Of a DNA stretch of 64,000 bases, positions 62,966-64,000 are shown piece after piece. The stretch spans positions 32,240,001 to 32,304,000 of the forward strand of contig OZ024758.1 in assembly GCA_964016885.1 (NCBI GenBank), read 5' to 3'. Position 1 is the stretch's first letter; every line of letters starts with the position of its first letter. Origin of the DNA: Eledone cirrhosa (lineage: Eukaryota). The notes below the pieces were generated by a model, which saw nothing but the letters and a program-made list of their open reading frames with translations, searched no databases and was not told where the DNA came from. The translations under genes were made by a program, and so were the position numbers.

Positions 62966-64000
62966 CCGTTTAACGTCCATTTTTCCATGCTAGCATGCGT
63001 TAGATGAGTTGTCCTGTTGTGGGCTATGCCAGGTCAGGTGACCATGTCTTGCCCATCAGAACTGATTTTGGTTTGGTTTCTACAGTTGGATGCCCTTCCT
63101 AGCGCCAACATCATTTACAGTGAATACTGAATGCTTTTTGTCATGACACCTACATAAGGACTTTACAGTGTGAAGTGGGTGCTTTTTGTCGTGACACTTA
63201 CACAACGACTTTACAGTGTTGGCTGGTCAATTTTTGCCATACACAACCATTGTACAGTGTAAACTGGGTGCTTTTTATAGTGACACTTACACGAACACTT
63301 TACAGTGTGGGTTGGGTGCTTTTTGCTGTGTCCCCATCATGATCACTTTACAGTGTGCGCTAGGCACTTTTCATCATGTCACCATCACAACCACTTTACA
63401 GTGTGGGCTGGAGGCTTCACTGGATGTATACTTCAGCTTGTCCTCATGGGAGATGAATGGGTTGGGTGGAGTGGGATGAGGTGGTGCATACTGTATATAT
63501 GCTTTGGTCTGTGCCCGTGGGAAGTTGGGTCTTCTGTATTACAGGGTAACACCAGGCATCTTGGTCCTGTGTCATCGCCTTTAAGAGGTGCAATTGGGCA
63601 AGGTCAGCTTTTAACACCTTATCCCAAGTCTTCCTGGACCTCCCCACACCAAGGTTTTCATCGTTTTTGAGCGCTCTGCACCTTTCTATACAGCTGTCAT
63701 CTTTCATATGCAACACATGTCCATACTAATGCAATCTCCTATCCTGCACACAGCATCTGATTCCTTTTATGGTTAGTTTCTTTCTCAATTCGTTTATGCT
63801 TTGCCCTTCACATATATTACTATTACACATCCATCAGAGCTTGCAGGCTTCATTTCTTTCTAATCTACGCAAGTCTTCTGCACACACCACCCAGGTCTCA
63901 CTACCATGCAACATTGCTGTTCGTATGCACACATCATACAGTCTACCTTTCATTTTGAGGGGAAAGCCTTTTGTACCTAGTAGTGGTAGTAGTTCTCTGT
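62966..64000 (-). mobile_element. older RTE (family B-like) 3' fragment, runs off the window edge
   Basis: MLHGSETW, MKDDSCIERCRAL, GRSRKTWD and a degenerate 48-bp 3'UTR array. Confidence 0.88.

Overview
Eukaryotic, AT-rich, repeat-dense genomic DNA. The SINE, RTE and microsatellite content suggests an octopus or other coleoid cephalopod (inference only). The one host gene is a minus-strand SLC4 anion exchanger (band 3/AE2-like): 8 exons between 33986 and 1, joined in frame through GT-AG introns, with the gene continuing past both window edges. The rest is intron. It holds a full-length but disabled L1/Tx1-clade LINE nested in a minisatellite-expanded TTAA MITE, and at least three RTE-LINE families (about 17 pieces, one with an intact ~800-aa reading frame). 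It also holds Penelope-like elements with inverted arms and hammerhead-ribozyme motifs, a non-autonomous Helitron with a duplicated terminator, remnants of CRE-, R4- and CR1/L2-like LINEs, tRNA-SINEs, TA- and TTAA-MITEs, foldbacks and minisatellites. The span 34.9-64 kb is almost entirely transposons sitting in (TA)n tracts. Best candidates for follow-up: the Tx1C-like LINE-in-MITE composite, the 368-bp palindrome with a hammerhead on each strand, the Helitron read-through, the PHD finger inside the RTE reverse transcriptase, and an apparent gene-conversion tract between inverted RTE copies. Family names come from motifs read by eye; no database search was run. TE boundaries are approximate to tens of bp, and exon boundaries were checked to the base.
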